Source of the DNA: Isurus oxyrinchus
Taxonomy: Eukaryota
Assembly: GCA_026770705.1 (NCBI GenBank)
Contig: JANJGN010000002.1
Span: 214,086,001 to 214,150,000 of the forward strand
Length of the DNA: 64,000 nucleotides
Reading direction: 5' to 3'
The notes beneath the pieces are model-generated. The model was not told where the DNA came from, did not search any database, and saw only the letters and a list, made by a program, of their open reading frames with translations. Positions 49,994 to 64,000 of the stretch are shown piece by piece. The translations under genes were made by a program, and so were the position numbers. Within the stretch, counting starts at the first letter, position 1, and each line of letters opens with the position of its first letter.

Positions 49994-50032
49994 AGTTGAC
50001 GTTTCGAGTCCTCATGACCCTTTGACAGAACT
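49994..50032 (-). ncRNA. Putative hammerhead motif, mutated core (CUGUCAA)
   Basis: Reverse complement of agttgacgtttcgagtcctcatgaccctttgacagaact. Confidence 0.45.
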
Positions 50033-50184
50033 AGGTGAATCCTAGGGAGGGTTGAAATATAAGCTGGTTTAAGGTGGTGGTGGGGGGGGGTGCGGTTTGG
50101 GTGGGGGGAGAGAATTGGAGGGGGGTGGTGTGGTTGTAGGCAAAAGCAGTGATAGAAGTAGATCATCAAAAGATGTTACAGACA

Positions 50185-51482
50185 TCGAACAGAGGCCCGA
50201 ACAATCCCCATCCACCACTACTCTCCTCCGTCTGTCTGAACATGTTCTCACACTGAACAATTTCTCCTTCAACTCCTCTCACTTCCTCCAAATAAAAGGT
50301 GTGGCTATGGGTACCTGCATGGGCCCCAGCTATGCCTGTCTCTTTATGGGGTATGTGGAACATTCCTTGTTCCAGTCCTACTCCGGCCCTCTTCCACAAC
50401 TCTTTCTCCGGTACATCGATGATTACTTCGGTGCTGCTTCATGCTCTCGTCGGGACTTGGAAAAATTTATTAATTTTGCTTCCAATCTCCACCCCTCCAT
50501 CATTTTCACATGGTCCATCTCTGACACTTCCCTTCCCTTCCTTGACCTCGCTGTCTCAATCTCTGGTGATAGACTGTCTACCAATATCCATTACAAGTCT
50601 ACCGACTCCCACAGCTACCTTAACTACAGCTCCTCACACCCCGCTTCCTATAAGGACTCCATCAAATTCTCTCAGTTCCTTCGCCTCCGTTGCATCTGTT
50701 CTGATGATGTTACCTTCAAAAACAGTTCCTCTGACATGTCCTCCTTCTTCCTTAACTGAGGTTTTCCACCCACGGTCGTTGACAGGGCCCTCAACCGTGT
50801 CCGGCCCATCTCCCGCGCATCCGCCCTCACGCCTTCTCCTCCCTCCCAGAAACATGATAGGGTCCCCCTTGTCCTCACTTATCACCCCACCAGCCTCCGC
50901 ATTCAAAGGATCATCCTCCGCCATTTCCGTCAACTCCAGCATGATGCCACTACCAAACACATCTTCCCTTCACCCCCACTGTTGGCATTCCGTAGGGATC
51001 ACTCCCTCCGGGACACCCTGGTCCGCTCCTCCATCACCCCCTACTCCCCAACCCCCACCTATGGCACCACCCCATGCCCACGCAAAAGATGTAACACCTG
51101 CCCCTTCACTTCCTCTCTCCTCACCGTCCAAGGGCCCATACACTCCTTTCAAGTGAAGCAGCATTTCACTTGCACTTCCCCCAACTTAGTCTACTGCATT
51201 CGTTGCTCCCAATGCGGTCTCCTCTACATTGGAGAGACCAAACGTAAACTGGGCGACCGCTTTGCAGAATACCTGCGGTCTGTCCGCAAGAATGACCCAA
51301 ACCTCCCTGTCGCTTGCCATTTCAACACTCCACTCTGCTCTCTTGCCCTCATGTCTGTACTTGGCTTGCTGCATTGTTCCAGTGAAGCCCAACGCAAACT
51401 GGAGGAACAACACCTCATCTTCCGACTAGGCACTTTACAGCTTTCCGGACTGAATATTGAATTCAACAACTTTAGGTCTTGA
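50185..51482 (+). pseudogene. PLE ORF 3' half (RT motifs B-C, thumb, GIY-YIG); in-frame stop at 50757-50759
   Basis: GVAMGTCMGPSYA; LRYIDDYFG; PCPRKRCNTC; NLVYCIRCSQCGLLYIGETKR; ends EFNNFRS*. Confidence 0.9.
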
Positions 51483-51881
51483 GCTCCCTCCTCCATCCCC
51501 ACCCCTCTTCTGTTTCTTCCCCCTTCCTTTTGTTTTTTACCAATAAATTATATAGATTTTTATTTTTCCCTACTATTTCCATTATTTTTAAATATTTTTA
51601 AATCTTTTATGCTCCCCCCACCCCCACTAGAGCTGTACCTTGAGTGCCCTACCATCCATTCTTAATTAGCACATTCGTTTAGATAATATCACCAACTTTA
51701 ACACCTATGTGTTCTTTTGTTCTGCCGTCTGTAACATCTTTTGATGATCTGCTTCTATCACTGCTTTTGCCTACAACCACACCAACCCCCTCCACTTCTC
51801 TCCCCCCACCCAAACCCCCCCACCCCCCCACCACCACCACCTTAAACCAGCTTATATTTCAACCCTCCCTAGGATTCACCT

Positions 51882-51920
51882 AGTTCTGTCGAAGGGTAAT
51901 GAGGACTCGAAATGTCAACT
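51882..51920 (+). ncRNA. Putative hammerhead motif
   Basis: agtt ctgtcga a gggta atgag gactc gaaa tg tc aact. Confidence 0.5.
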
Positions 51921-53874
51921 CTTTTCTTCTCCGCCGATGCTGCCAGACCTGCTGAGTTTTTCCAGGTAATTCTGTTTTTGTTTTGGATTTCCAGCATCCG
52001 CAGTTTTTTGTTTTTATCTTATTATTATTATTGAAGTGAAGGGCATGCTGCTGCTGCAACCCAAGTCTGAACCCGAAAATGATCCAGACCGCTAAAAATG
52101 CTCTAAGTCCAGAAAATTCTGCCCTATGGTATGTCTGGTATGACATGGTTTAGATGCAGAGTGAAGTTTCACCTACACTGCCCCATCAAACATCTCCAGG
52201 TTAAGTGCAGCATAATTAGGTTCAGCATAAACCTGTGTCAGTGAGGGGCCCGCGAGAAGACAGGCAACTGTGCCGGAGTGAGACGGAGAGTGAATGAGTA
52301 GCGAATTAGGTTCACGTGGTAAATTCTGGTAAGCCCTTTTCAGGTTTTAACTATACATTAAGAATCAAGATCTGACATAGTACGAGCCTTCAAGTAAGTT
52401 AGGTTCATTTGTTAAGTAGAGAGCAGCCTGGAGGGGCTGTTTTCTGCAAATCAGCTGAAAGCAGTTGGTTCAAGCGGTGTTAATTACTGCAGCAGGGAGC
52501 TAAACTAGGCTAGTGACCCATCAGGGGGTCTATAAAAGAGACAGGCTTTTCAAACCACACAATCAGTAAGGGGCGTGCTAGGGAACAGTGGGAGGATCAA
52601 GTTGTCATAGTCCATGTAGGTACCAACGACATAGGCAGGACAAGGAAGGCGGTTCTGCATAGACAGTGTGAGAAGCTAGGTACCAAGTTAAGAAGCAAAA
52701 CTTCAAAAGTAATAATCTCTGAATTATTACCTGAGCCATGTGCAAATTGGCATAGGGCAAATAAATTAGAGAGATGAATGCGTGGTCAAAGACTAGTGTG
52801 GGAGAAGTGGGTACCAGTTTGTGGGGCACTGGAACCAGCTTGGGGAAAGTGGGGGCTGTAGCATTAGGATAGTCTACACATGAACCATGCTGGCACTAGT
52901 GTTCATGCAAATCTTATAACTAGAGAAGTAGAGAAGGCTTTAAACTAAACAAGGGGGAGTGAGGGATCAAGCTTGGATAGTTGTGGCAAATCAAGGGGTA
53001 GATTCAAGGCAGGAGACCATAATAATAATATGGAAAATGAGGGTCATAGAATAGCAGGAAGAGGCTAAAGGCTCTACATCTCAATGTATATAGTATTCAT
53101 AACAAAGCAAACAAGTTGATAGTGCACATTGATGTAAATAAATATAATCTAATAGCCATTATGGAGACATGGCTGCAGGATGACAAGGACTGGGTCTGGA
53201 ATATTGAGGGTTATATGACATTCAAGAAGAATAGGAAGCTAGGTAAAGGTGGAGTGATAGCACTGTTGATCTTGGTGCAATAGTTAAAGATGACCTTGGT
53301 TCAGGAGATCAGGATGTAGAATCGGTTTGGGTGGAGATGAGGAATAGTAGGGGAAAGAAGTCACTAGTGGGAATGGTCTACAGGCCCCCTAAAAATAACC
53401 ACAAAGTTTACAAGAAGAAATATTGGGTGCTTGTGATAAAGGGGCAACAATACTCATGGGTAAATTTAATCTACCTATAAACTGGAAAAATCAGATTGGC
53501 ATTAGTAGCCTGGATGAGGAGTTCATGGAATGCTTTCGAGATAGTTTCTTAGAGCAGCACATTCTGGAACTAGCCAGAGAGCAGGTTATATTAGACTTGA
53601 TATTGTGCAATGTAACAGGATTAATTAATGACCTCAGAGTGAAGGCACCCCTAGGTAGCATTGACCACAATATGATTGAATTTTACTTTTAGTTTGAAAG
53701 GGAGAAGAGTGGGTCTAAGACTAGTTTTTAAACTTAAATAAAGGCAACTATGTGGGCATGAAAGCTGAACTAGCTGAAGTGAATTGGGATACTAGGCTAG
53801 GGGATAGGTCAGTGGAGAAGTAGTGGCAGAAATATGAGGGGATATTTCAGAATACACAGAATAAGTAATTCTTA

Positions 53875-54495
53875 CCATAAATCTTGGGCTTTGTTAATAG
53901 AGCAGAGAGTACAAGATCAGGGAGGTTATATTGAATTTATATAAGACACTTGTTAGACCTCAGCTGGAATGTTGTATACAGTTCTGGGCACCATATTATA
54001 GGAGGGACGTGAACACATTGGAGACAGTGCAGGAGAGGTTTACAAGAATGGTTCCAGGGATGAGAAACTTCAGCCATGAGGATAGAATGGGAAGGTTGGG
54101 ACTGTTCTTGGAGAGAAGAAGGCTGAAAGGAGATTTGATAGGGATATTCAAAATCATGAGGGGGCTGGACAGAGTAGACAGGGAGAAGCTGTTCCCACCC
54201 GTAAAAGGATCAAGAATGAGAGGGCACAGGTTTAAAGTGATTTGCAAATAAGAAAAAACTTGTTCACACAATAAGTGGTTCGGGTCTGGAATGCACTGCC
54301 TGGAAGTTGGTGGAGGCAGGTTCAACTGAGGCATTCAAGAGGACATTAGATGATTATTTGAATAGAAACAATGTGCAAGGATACAGGGAAAAGGCAGGGC
54401 AATGGCACTCGATCATAATGCTCATTTGGAGAGCAGGTGCAGACATGATGGGCCGAATAGCCTCCTTCTGTGCTGTTAAGGTTCTGTGATTCTGC
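53875..54495 (+). mobile_element. CR1 3' fragment of a second subfamily nested in the CR1
   Basis: NLYKTLVRPQLECCIQFWAPYYRRD..GHRFKVI with its own tail gggccgaatagcctccttctgtgctg..ttctgtgattct; the host ORF2 linker resumes after it. Confidence 0.85.
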
Positions 54496-55215
54496 ACAGA
54501 AAAATTCTAAAGGGAGGATCCACCATCCATGGTTAACTGAAGAAGTTAAGGAGGGCATCAAACTTAAAGAAAAAGCATTTAACTGTGCAAAGATGAATGG
54601 CAGGTCAGATGATTGGTCAGAATATAAAGAATGGTGGAAAAATGACTTAAAGGTTAATCAGGAGAAAGAAATTAGAGTATAAGAAGAACCTAGATAGAAA
54701 TGTAAAAACGGATAGCAAGAATTTCTACAGGTATTTAAAAAGGAAAAGCGTAAGTAAAGTGAGTGTTGGTCCTCTAGAGAGTGACAGTAGGGAGTTAATA
54801 GCAGTTAATAAGGGAATGGCAGATGAAACTGTCTCCACTATAGAGGATACAAAATCATTCCAGTAATTGCTATAAATCACGAGGTGGAAGGGACAGAGGA
54901 ACCTGGTGGAATTACAATCACTCAGGAAGCGGTACAGAGCAATCTGATGGAGCTGCAGGCTGACAAGTCTTCAGATCCTGATGGACTTCATCCTAGGGCC
55001 TTAAAAAAGGTGGCTAATGAGGTAGTAGGTGCATTGATGTCATTTTCCAAAATTCCCTAGATCCTGGAAAGGTTCTATAAAGTAGCAAATATAGCCCCTC
55101 TATTCAAGAATGGAGGGAGGTAGAAAACAGGAAACAATAGGCCAGTTAGCTCGACATCTATTGTGGGAAAGGTGTTAGAATCAATCATCAAGGAGGTTAT
55201 AGCTGGGCACTTAGA

Positions 55216-55332
55216 GGGCAAAATTTTACAGCAGCAGGACTTTACATTCCCGCCGAAGCCAATGAGGTTTAGAATGTTTTGCCGCATTTTATGGCCCTGT
55301 CCCCGCCAAAATGGGGCCATAAAGTTCTGCCC
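55216..55332. mobile_element. 117-bp Harbinger-type MITE
   Basis: TIRs GGGCAAAATTTTA / TAAAGTTCTGCCC, 3-bp TSD AGA; related interior to 46966-47123. Confidence 0.85.
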
Positions 55333-55944
55333 AGAGAAAGTCAAGGTAATCAGGAAGAGTCAGTATAGTTTTGTGAAAGGGAAATCATGTTTAACCAATT
55401 TATTGGAATTCTTTGAACATGTGTGGTGGATAAAAGTGAGCCTATAGGTGTAGTGTATTTGGATTTCCAGAAGGTATTTGATAAGGCGCCACATCAAAGG
55501 TTATTACAGAAAATAAAAGCTCATGGTGTAGGGGGTAAAATATTAGCATGGCAGAAAACATAGATTATGCATAAATGGGTCTTTTTCTGATTGGCAGGAT
55601 GTGACGAGTGGAGTCCCACAGCTATCTGTGCTGGGGCCTCAACTTTTTACAATGACTTAGATGAGGAGATTGAAGGCATGATAGCTAAATTTTCAGATGA
55701 CCTAAAGATAGGTAGGAGAGTATTATGTTGTGAAAAAAGCAGAGTATTACTTAAACGGAGAACTGCTGCAGAATACTGAACTGCAGAGGGATCTAGGTGT
55801 TCTAGTGTATGAGTCACAAAAGGTTAGTATGCAGGTACAGCAAATAGTTGAGAAGGCTAATGGACTGCTATCCTTAATTATGAGAGGAATTGAACATAAA
55901 AGTAAGAATGTTATGCTTCGGTTATACAGGGCATCTCAAATATT

Positions 55945-56089
55945 TCACCTCTCTTCTATTTTTACTTAGTTCTGTTGAAGGGTCATTTGGACTCGAAACG
56001 TTAATTGTGTTCCTCTCCGCAGATGCTGAGTTTTTCCAGGTATTTTTGTTTTTGTTTTGGATTTCCAGCATCCGCAGTTTTTTGTTATT
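55945..56089 (+). mobile_element. PLE 3' tail insertion including a hammerhead motif (55968-56006)
   Basis: 12-bp TSD ATCTCAAATATT (55933-55944 / 56090-56101); agtt ctgttga a gggtc atttg gactc gaaa cg tt aatt. Confidence 0.8.
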
Positions 56090-57194
56090 ATCTCAAATAT
56101 TGTGTGCAGTTTGGTCTCCTTACTTAAGGAAGGATGTAAATGCATTGAAGGCAATTCAGAGGAGGTTTACTAGATTGAAACCTGGAATGAGCGGGTTGTC
56201 TTGTGAGAAAAGGTTAGAGACTAGGCTTGTTTCCACTGGAGTTTAGAAAAGTGAGGGGTGAATTGATCCTGAACAGACTTGTTAAGGTGGACATGAAAAG
56301 GATCTTTTCTCTTGTGGGTGAATCCAGACTACAGGGCACTGTTTTAAAATTAGGGGTTGCCCTTTTAGGACAGTGATGAGGAGAATTTTTTTCTCTTAGA
56401 GGGTTGTGCAACTGTGGAACTCTCTGCCTCAGAAGTGGAGTTGGGGCCATTGAATATTTTTAAGGCAGATGTAGACAGATTCTTGTTAGGCAAGGAAATC
56501 AAAAGTTATCGGAAGTAGATGGGAATATGGAATTTGAAATACAAACAGATCAGTCATGATCTTATTGAATGGCAGAGCAGGCTCAAGGGGCCAAATGACC
56601 TAATTCTGCTCCCATTTCATATGTTCGTAGGGGTACACACAGGCTCAACAGCTGGTTATTGCTAGAGTCTTCGAAAAACATCCTCAAATACCCCTACACG
56701 AGTTTTTCCATTTTCTACCACCAGAATAATATGGCTTCCTCAATCCTGATCAGTACTAAGTTGCTGGCCTTTTTGTATTGGGGGACCATAACTTATTAAG
56801 CACTATGTTGTGACTAACCAAATTTATTTCACTCAGAACATTTCAGGTGTCAGAGGAACAATTTTCATTGCATCTGTCTGGCCAGAATTTGAGGTGAGGT
56901 CTCAGAAAGTTAGGCATAATTCCCAGTTCCATCTCCCCCCCTTCAGAATGACCAACTCTGAGGAAATCAAATAAGGGATAATTCAACGAGGGGAGTGGGA
57001 GAAGACGTAGTGGTGCTGGTGGGACTGGCAGGGGGTAAGGTGCTGGCGAGACTAGGGAAGGGATGACTTGATAACCATCCACTCAGTAAAAGAATTAAGT
57101 TCCTGTCTGGGGAAATTGGAAATCACCCAACTACAAAACTAGGCCACTCGCAACATTCCACGTTTAACATACTTTACTTATAGTCTGCCTCCCC

Positions 57195-57447
57195 AGCCCC
57201 CTCAATGCTCCACACACTGCTCCCTCGATGCTCTGCACACTGCTCCCTCGACGCTCTGCGCACTGCTCCCTCGATGCTCCACACACTGTCCCCTCAACGC
57301 TCCACATACTGCTCACTCGACACTCCACACACTGTTCCCTCGATGCTCCATGCTCTGCTCCCTTGACACCCTGTGCACTGCTCCCTCGATGCTCCGCGTG
57401 CTGCTCCCTCAATGCTCTGTGCTCTGCTCCTCAGACATTCCATGCTG
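57195..57447. repeat. 23-bp minisatellite (TGCTCCCTCGATGCTCCACACAC)n, about 10-11 units
   Basis: Tandem units read directly from the sequence. Confidence 0.85.
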
Positions 57448-58022
57448 CTGCCCACTACACATTCACACACATACACCTCTTTCCAACTCCCCTCCCCCCC
57501 ATAGGCTTACTCAGTACCCCCTCTTCCCAACCTCTCCCCCACTAACTCAATCAGCCGCCCTCTCCACAAACTCCCTCCTCCCACTCACTGACTCAACAGC
57601 CCCTCTCGCCTCCCCAACCCAGCATGTGGGAACCCAATCTGAGGTTCAGGTTCCAGTCCCCTCCATGGGCCTGCCAGACCTCCCCAAAAACTCTGGCTGT
57701 GCTACTTCTCCCATGCACCCACCACCCCACAACCCTCCAACACCAGGCCTGCTGAACCTGGAATCTCACAAGGCTCGGGCTGCACTACTACTCACCCAGG
57801 CCCCCTGCCCCTCTCCCCAGGCTGAGCCAGACTAGAACCCAGCCCACACCCCATTGCTCTACCCGCTCCCCTACTCACCCCTCCCACCCCTATCCACCTG
57901 CTGAACTTCATAAGCGTCGGCAACTTAACTTTCTTTCAAAGCACCAGATCTTGTGGCCGAGTGTGATGACAGTTCTTAATGTGCAGGGGCACAGTATGCA
58001 TGAGCAGAGACCAAAGACATCA

Positions 58023-59240
58023 GGGCTGGAATTCTCCATCCCCGTTGGCATCGGGTGTCATTCCGGGCGTGGGCGGACAGTATGGTGGGAAAGCCAAAAA
58101 TTGGTTTCACGATGTCATGAAACCAGTTTACGATCATCCGCTCAGCCCATCAATGGCGGACTGCGCTTCCCGGCGCCTCACGTCGGGAATGTCATTTGAA
58201 TACATCTGAATATAATCATAAGCCGGAATCATCCCACCCCCAACACTGGATCATCCAGGCACTCCGACAGGTAAACATAATGGCCCAGAGCATGTGTTGA
58301 CAAGTGTGACATGCAGAAGTCAGGACTTATTGTTAGGGCCTTGCTCGCATTTCGGACATCAGAGGAGCAGAAGATGCTGGAGCTCTGCAGCTACCAGACC
58401 CTGGAGGAACGTGTGCATCGCATGCCGGGTGGATTCTCCTGGACATGGCTTCACCGCAAAGCAGCCCGCGGAAGGTGGGAGGTCTCCATTGATGTCTGGG
58501 GTCTGCTTCGGGACACTGGGGTCTTGGCCACGGGTTGCTACTGATGTTCATCGGTGAGGGTCGGGGAGGGGAAGTCTAAGTTTGACCGGGAGAAAAAGAT
58601 GTACTGGGGGTGGGGCGATGTTGGACAGGGGGAGGGGGCAACAAAGGTGTCGGGGGAGTGAGGTTGGGAGGAGGGGTATGTTGGTGTTGGGGGGTTAGGT
58701 TGGTAGGGGTGAGGGAGTACGGGGGCAGAAGAGGATGCAATGGTAGCGAATGCAACAACTGGGGAGGTAGGTGTGAGGGAGAGGAAGAAGTAAGGGAAGA
58801 ATTTGGAGGGGGGAAGGAGTTCGGGGTGGGGGGGGCAGGACTTCAGCAGGAGGAAGGATTTTGGAGGAGGCAGGACTTCAGGTGGAGGAAAATGTTCAGA
58901 GGGGGGAGGAGTCCAGGGGAGGAAGGAGTCCAGGGGAGGAAGGAATTCAGAGTGGGGAGGGAATCTGGTGGCAGAAGGAGTCTGAGGGGAGGAGGGAGTT
59001 CAGGAAGAGGAAGGAGTCCAGGAGGAGGAGGGAGTAAGAGGGAGGATGTCCATGTAAATGTGCAAGAGAGGGGTCTGTGGGGTTGATGACAGCCTCATGG
59101 GGAGTGAACTGAGGGTTGGTATGGTAGGAGAGAATGGTGAGTATGAGAGGCAGAGTGAACCAATAGGGTAGGAGAGTGAGGGTGCGATGGTTACAATAGA
59201 AGGGGTGACGAGGGTGGTTGTTGGGGACTTAGAAGTCATG
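58023..59240 (-). mobile_element. Harbinger family copy C (one end, truncated)
   Basis: Begins GGGCTGGAATTCTCCATCCCC; colinear with 12698-14150. Confidence 0.8.
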
Positions 59241-60689
59241 AAGTAGGATCAATAATCGTATCTTGTTTTGTGTTTAAACTTAGTAAACCTGTCTGGCTAA
59301 TTCTATATGACCTGAAAATGTACATAGTGCTACACCTGCAGTATTATCAAAGTATGCCCCCGCTAAATTTACAAAAAGTCCTTTTAGGGTCAGGCTTGAG
59401 AGGTGTAATAGGGGAATCATTTTTACCCTTCTGCGCATGACAGTAACACAGTATAAGAATGAAAAGGAATGGATTTCAGAAATACTGAGAAGTCGATAAA
59501 TTATAATTTCAGCATTCAGAATTAGTGGCATCTGCATCTGTTTTAAGAGGTCCAAAGAACCACAATAGACCTAGATGTACTTAATAGGATATCAAAGAAT
59601 GGGTTAAATAAACACTCCTTATGTTCTTCAGAAAAACAATAATTGAAACATAGGAATTTTTCCAAAAGTGTACCTAAGTAGAGCAATATGAATATTTTAC
59701 TAAGATTCCACTTATGAGTAAAGTTGATTGAAGTCTGTGTCTGCAAGTTGCATGGGTTCCACTGCATTCTGGAATATATTTTTTCCTAAACAAATCCTGA
59801 GCTTTCATTTTTAAAAAGTGCATTAAATCAAACTGGATAAAAAGTTATCAGAATTATCCCTATCAATTTTCAGGATGCCCATTGCTTAATTTGATCAACA
59901 TTATGAAGTCAATTTTTTCATAATTCACTAAATGTTTATAGCCCTGTTGGAGGGAATATAACTACTTTTATGAAAATCTTCTGCTGGCTTTCTATTGTTC
60001 CATAACTTCCCATAAACTGCTGTAAATGTATCTTGAATGCATGTTGCTGGTGACATTCAGACAGTAGTTTTGATTACAATTCCAGCTTCACAAACACACT
60101 TAAGTATGACTTAAGGGACAGAATTGGATGAGTTTAACCTTTATATTTTTACCTTTCAATCTCTGGAAGCCAGCCAAGACTACATAAGGGACAATGGATG
60201 TCTCTTCCTCCCAACAGCTATAGAGCACAGACTAGATGCAACAATTACACCTTTTACCAGAATGTATTGAAGATGATGTGCCACCTCCCAGGCAGTGAAA
60301 TAAGAGTTATGTTCTCAGCTAAACTACTCAACAACAGAAAGTGATTGATAATGTTTGCCAGTGGATTTGTTTACAAATTTACAATTGAAAGAATCCTCAT
60401 ATATCTTATGCTTGTGACTATGTTAACGGAATGCTTCAGCTCGAATCTAAATCAGCAGGGTTTCCACCATTCCCTTAATGTTTAAGGGAATAGCATAAAT
60501 TCCCTTAATGTTTGCTTTGCTCTATTCCAAATTACTTTATGAGATACATTACATCTCAGTTTGCAACATTATTTAAATTACTTTAGGATATTCCTTCCCA
60601 CTCATACCCACCGATAAATCGCTCTCCCTCCAAGCTTCTACCTAAGGTAGGAATTGATAAGCTGTGGTGACAAAATTCAATCCCCTGGT

Positions 60690-64000
<3,311 letters not shown>

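Larger units (their letters stand above)
49932..52029. mobile_element. Penelope-like element: inverted 3' piece (49932-50183) head-to-head with a 5'-truncated plus copy (50185-52029)
   Basis: 16-bp TSD ATTGAAGTGAAGGGCA at 49916-49931 and 52030-52045. Confidence 0.95.
48958..52124. mobile_element. Harbinger-type non-autonomous element hosting a solo LTR and a PLE
   Basis: Candidate TSD TAT (48955-48957 / 52125-52127); ends ggggtaatttc / gaaaattctgccc. Confidence 0.5.
52230..56630 (+). mobile_element. Long decayed CR1 (5' UTR, esterase ORF1 remnant, EN + RT ORF2, 3' tail) with nested insertions
   Basis: VHVGTNDIG near 52610; LIAIMETWLQ; ILDLILCN..LGSIDHNMIEF; QYSFVKGKSCLTNLLEFF; KFSDDLK; tail gggccaaatgacc..tcatatgttcgta. 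Confidence 0.9.

Overview
Eukaryotic vertebrate DNA. The repeat families resemble those of cartilaginous fish (shark); this is an inference from recalled repeat types, not a database match. I found no intact host protein-coding exon. The window is mostly nested transposable elements: CR1 and L2-type LINEs, tRNA-head SINEs, Penelope-like elements (PLE; RT + GIY-YIG), PIF/Harbinger elements and MITEs, a decayed Gypsy pol, solo LTRs and minisatellites, separated by short unique AT-rich islands. Main observations: (1) the PLE 3' regions carry a minimal type-I hammerhead-ribozyme fold, with an unusual CUGUCGA core in the young family. (2) Several PLE insertions are TSD-bounded head-to-head structures in which both outer ends are element 3' ends; one reads through more than one unit. 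(3) A tailless, 3'-truncated histone H4 retrocopy with a 17-bp TSD lies inside a misplaced fragment of a Harbinger Myb/SANT gene. (4) A transposase-less Harbinger family present in four copies retains a spliced Myb/SANT gene and a possible extra ORF. (5) One CR1 has a twin-priming-like 5' inversion. (6) A 297-bp local inverted duplication includes non-repeat flank. Boundaries not anchored by a TSD or TIR are approximate.
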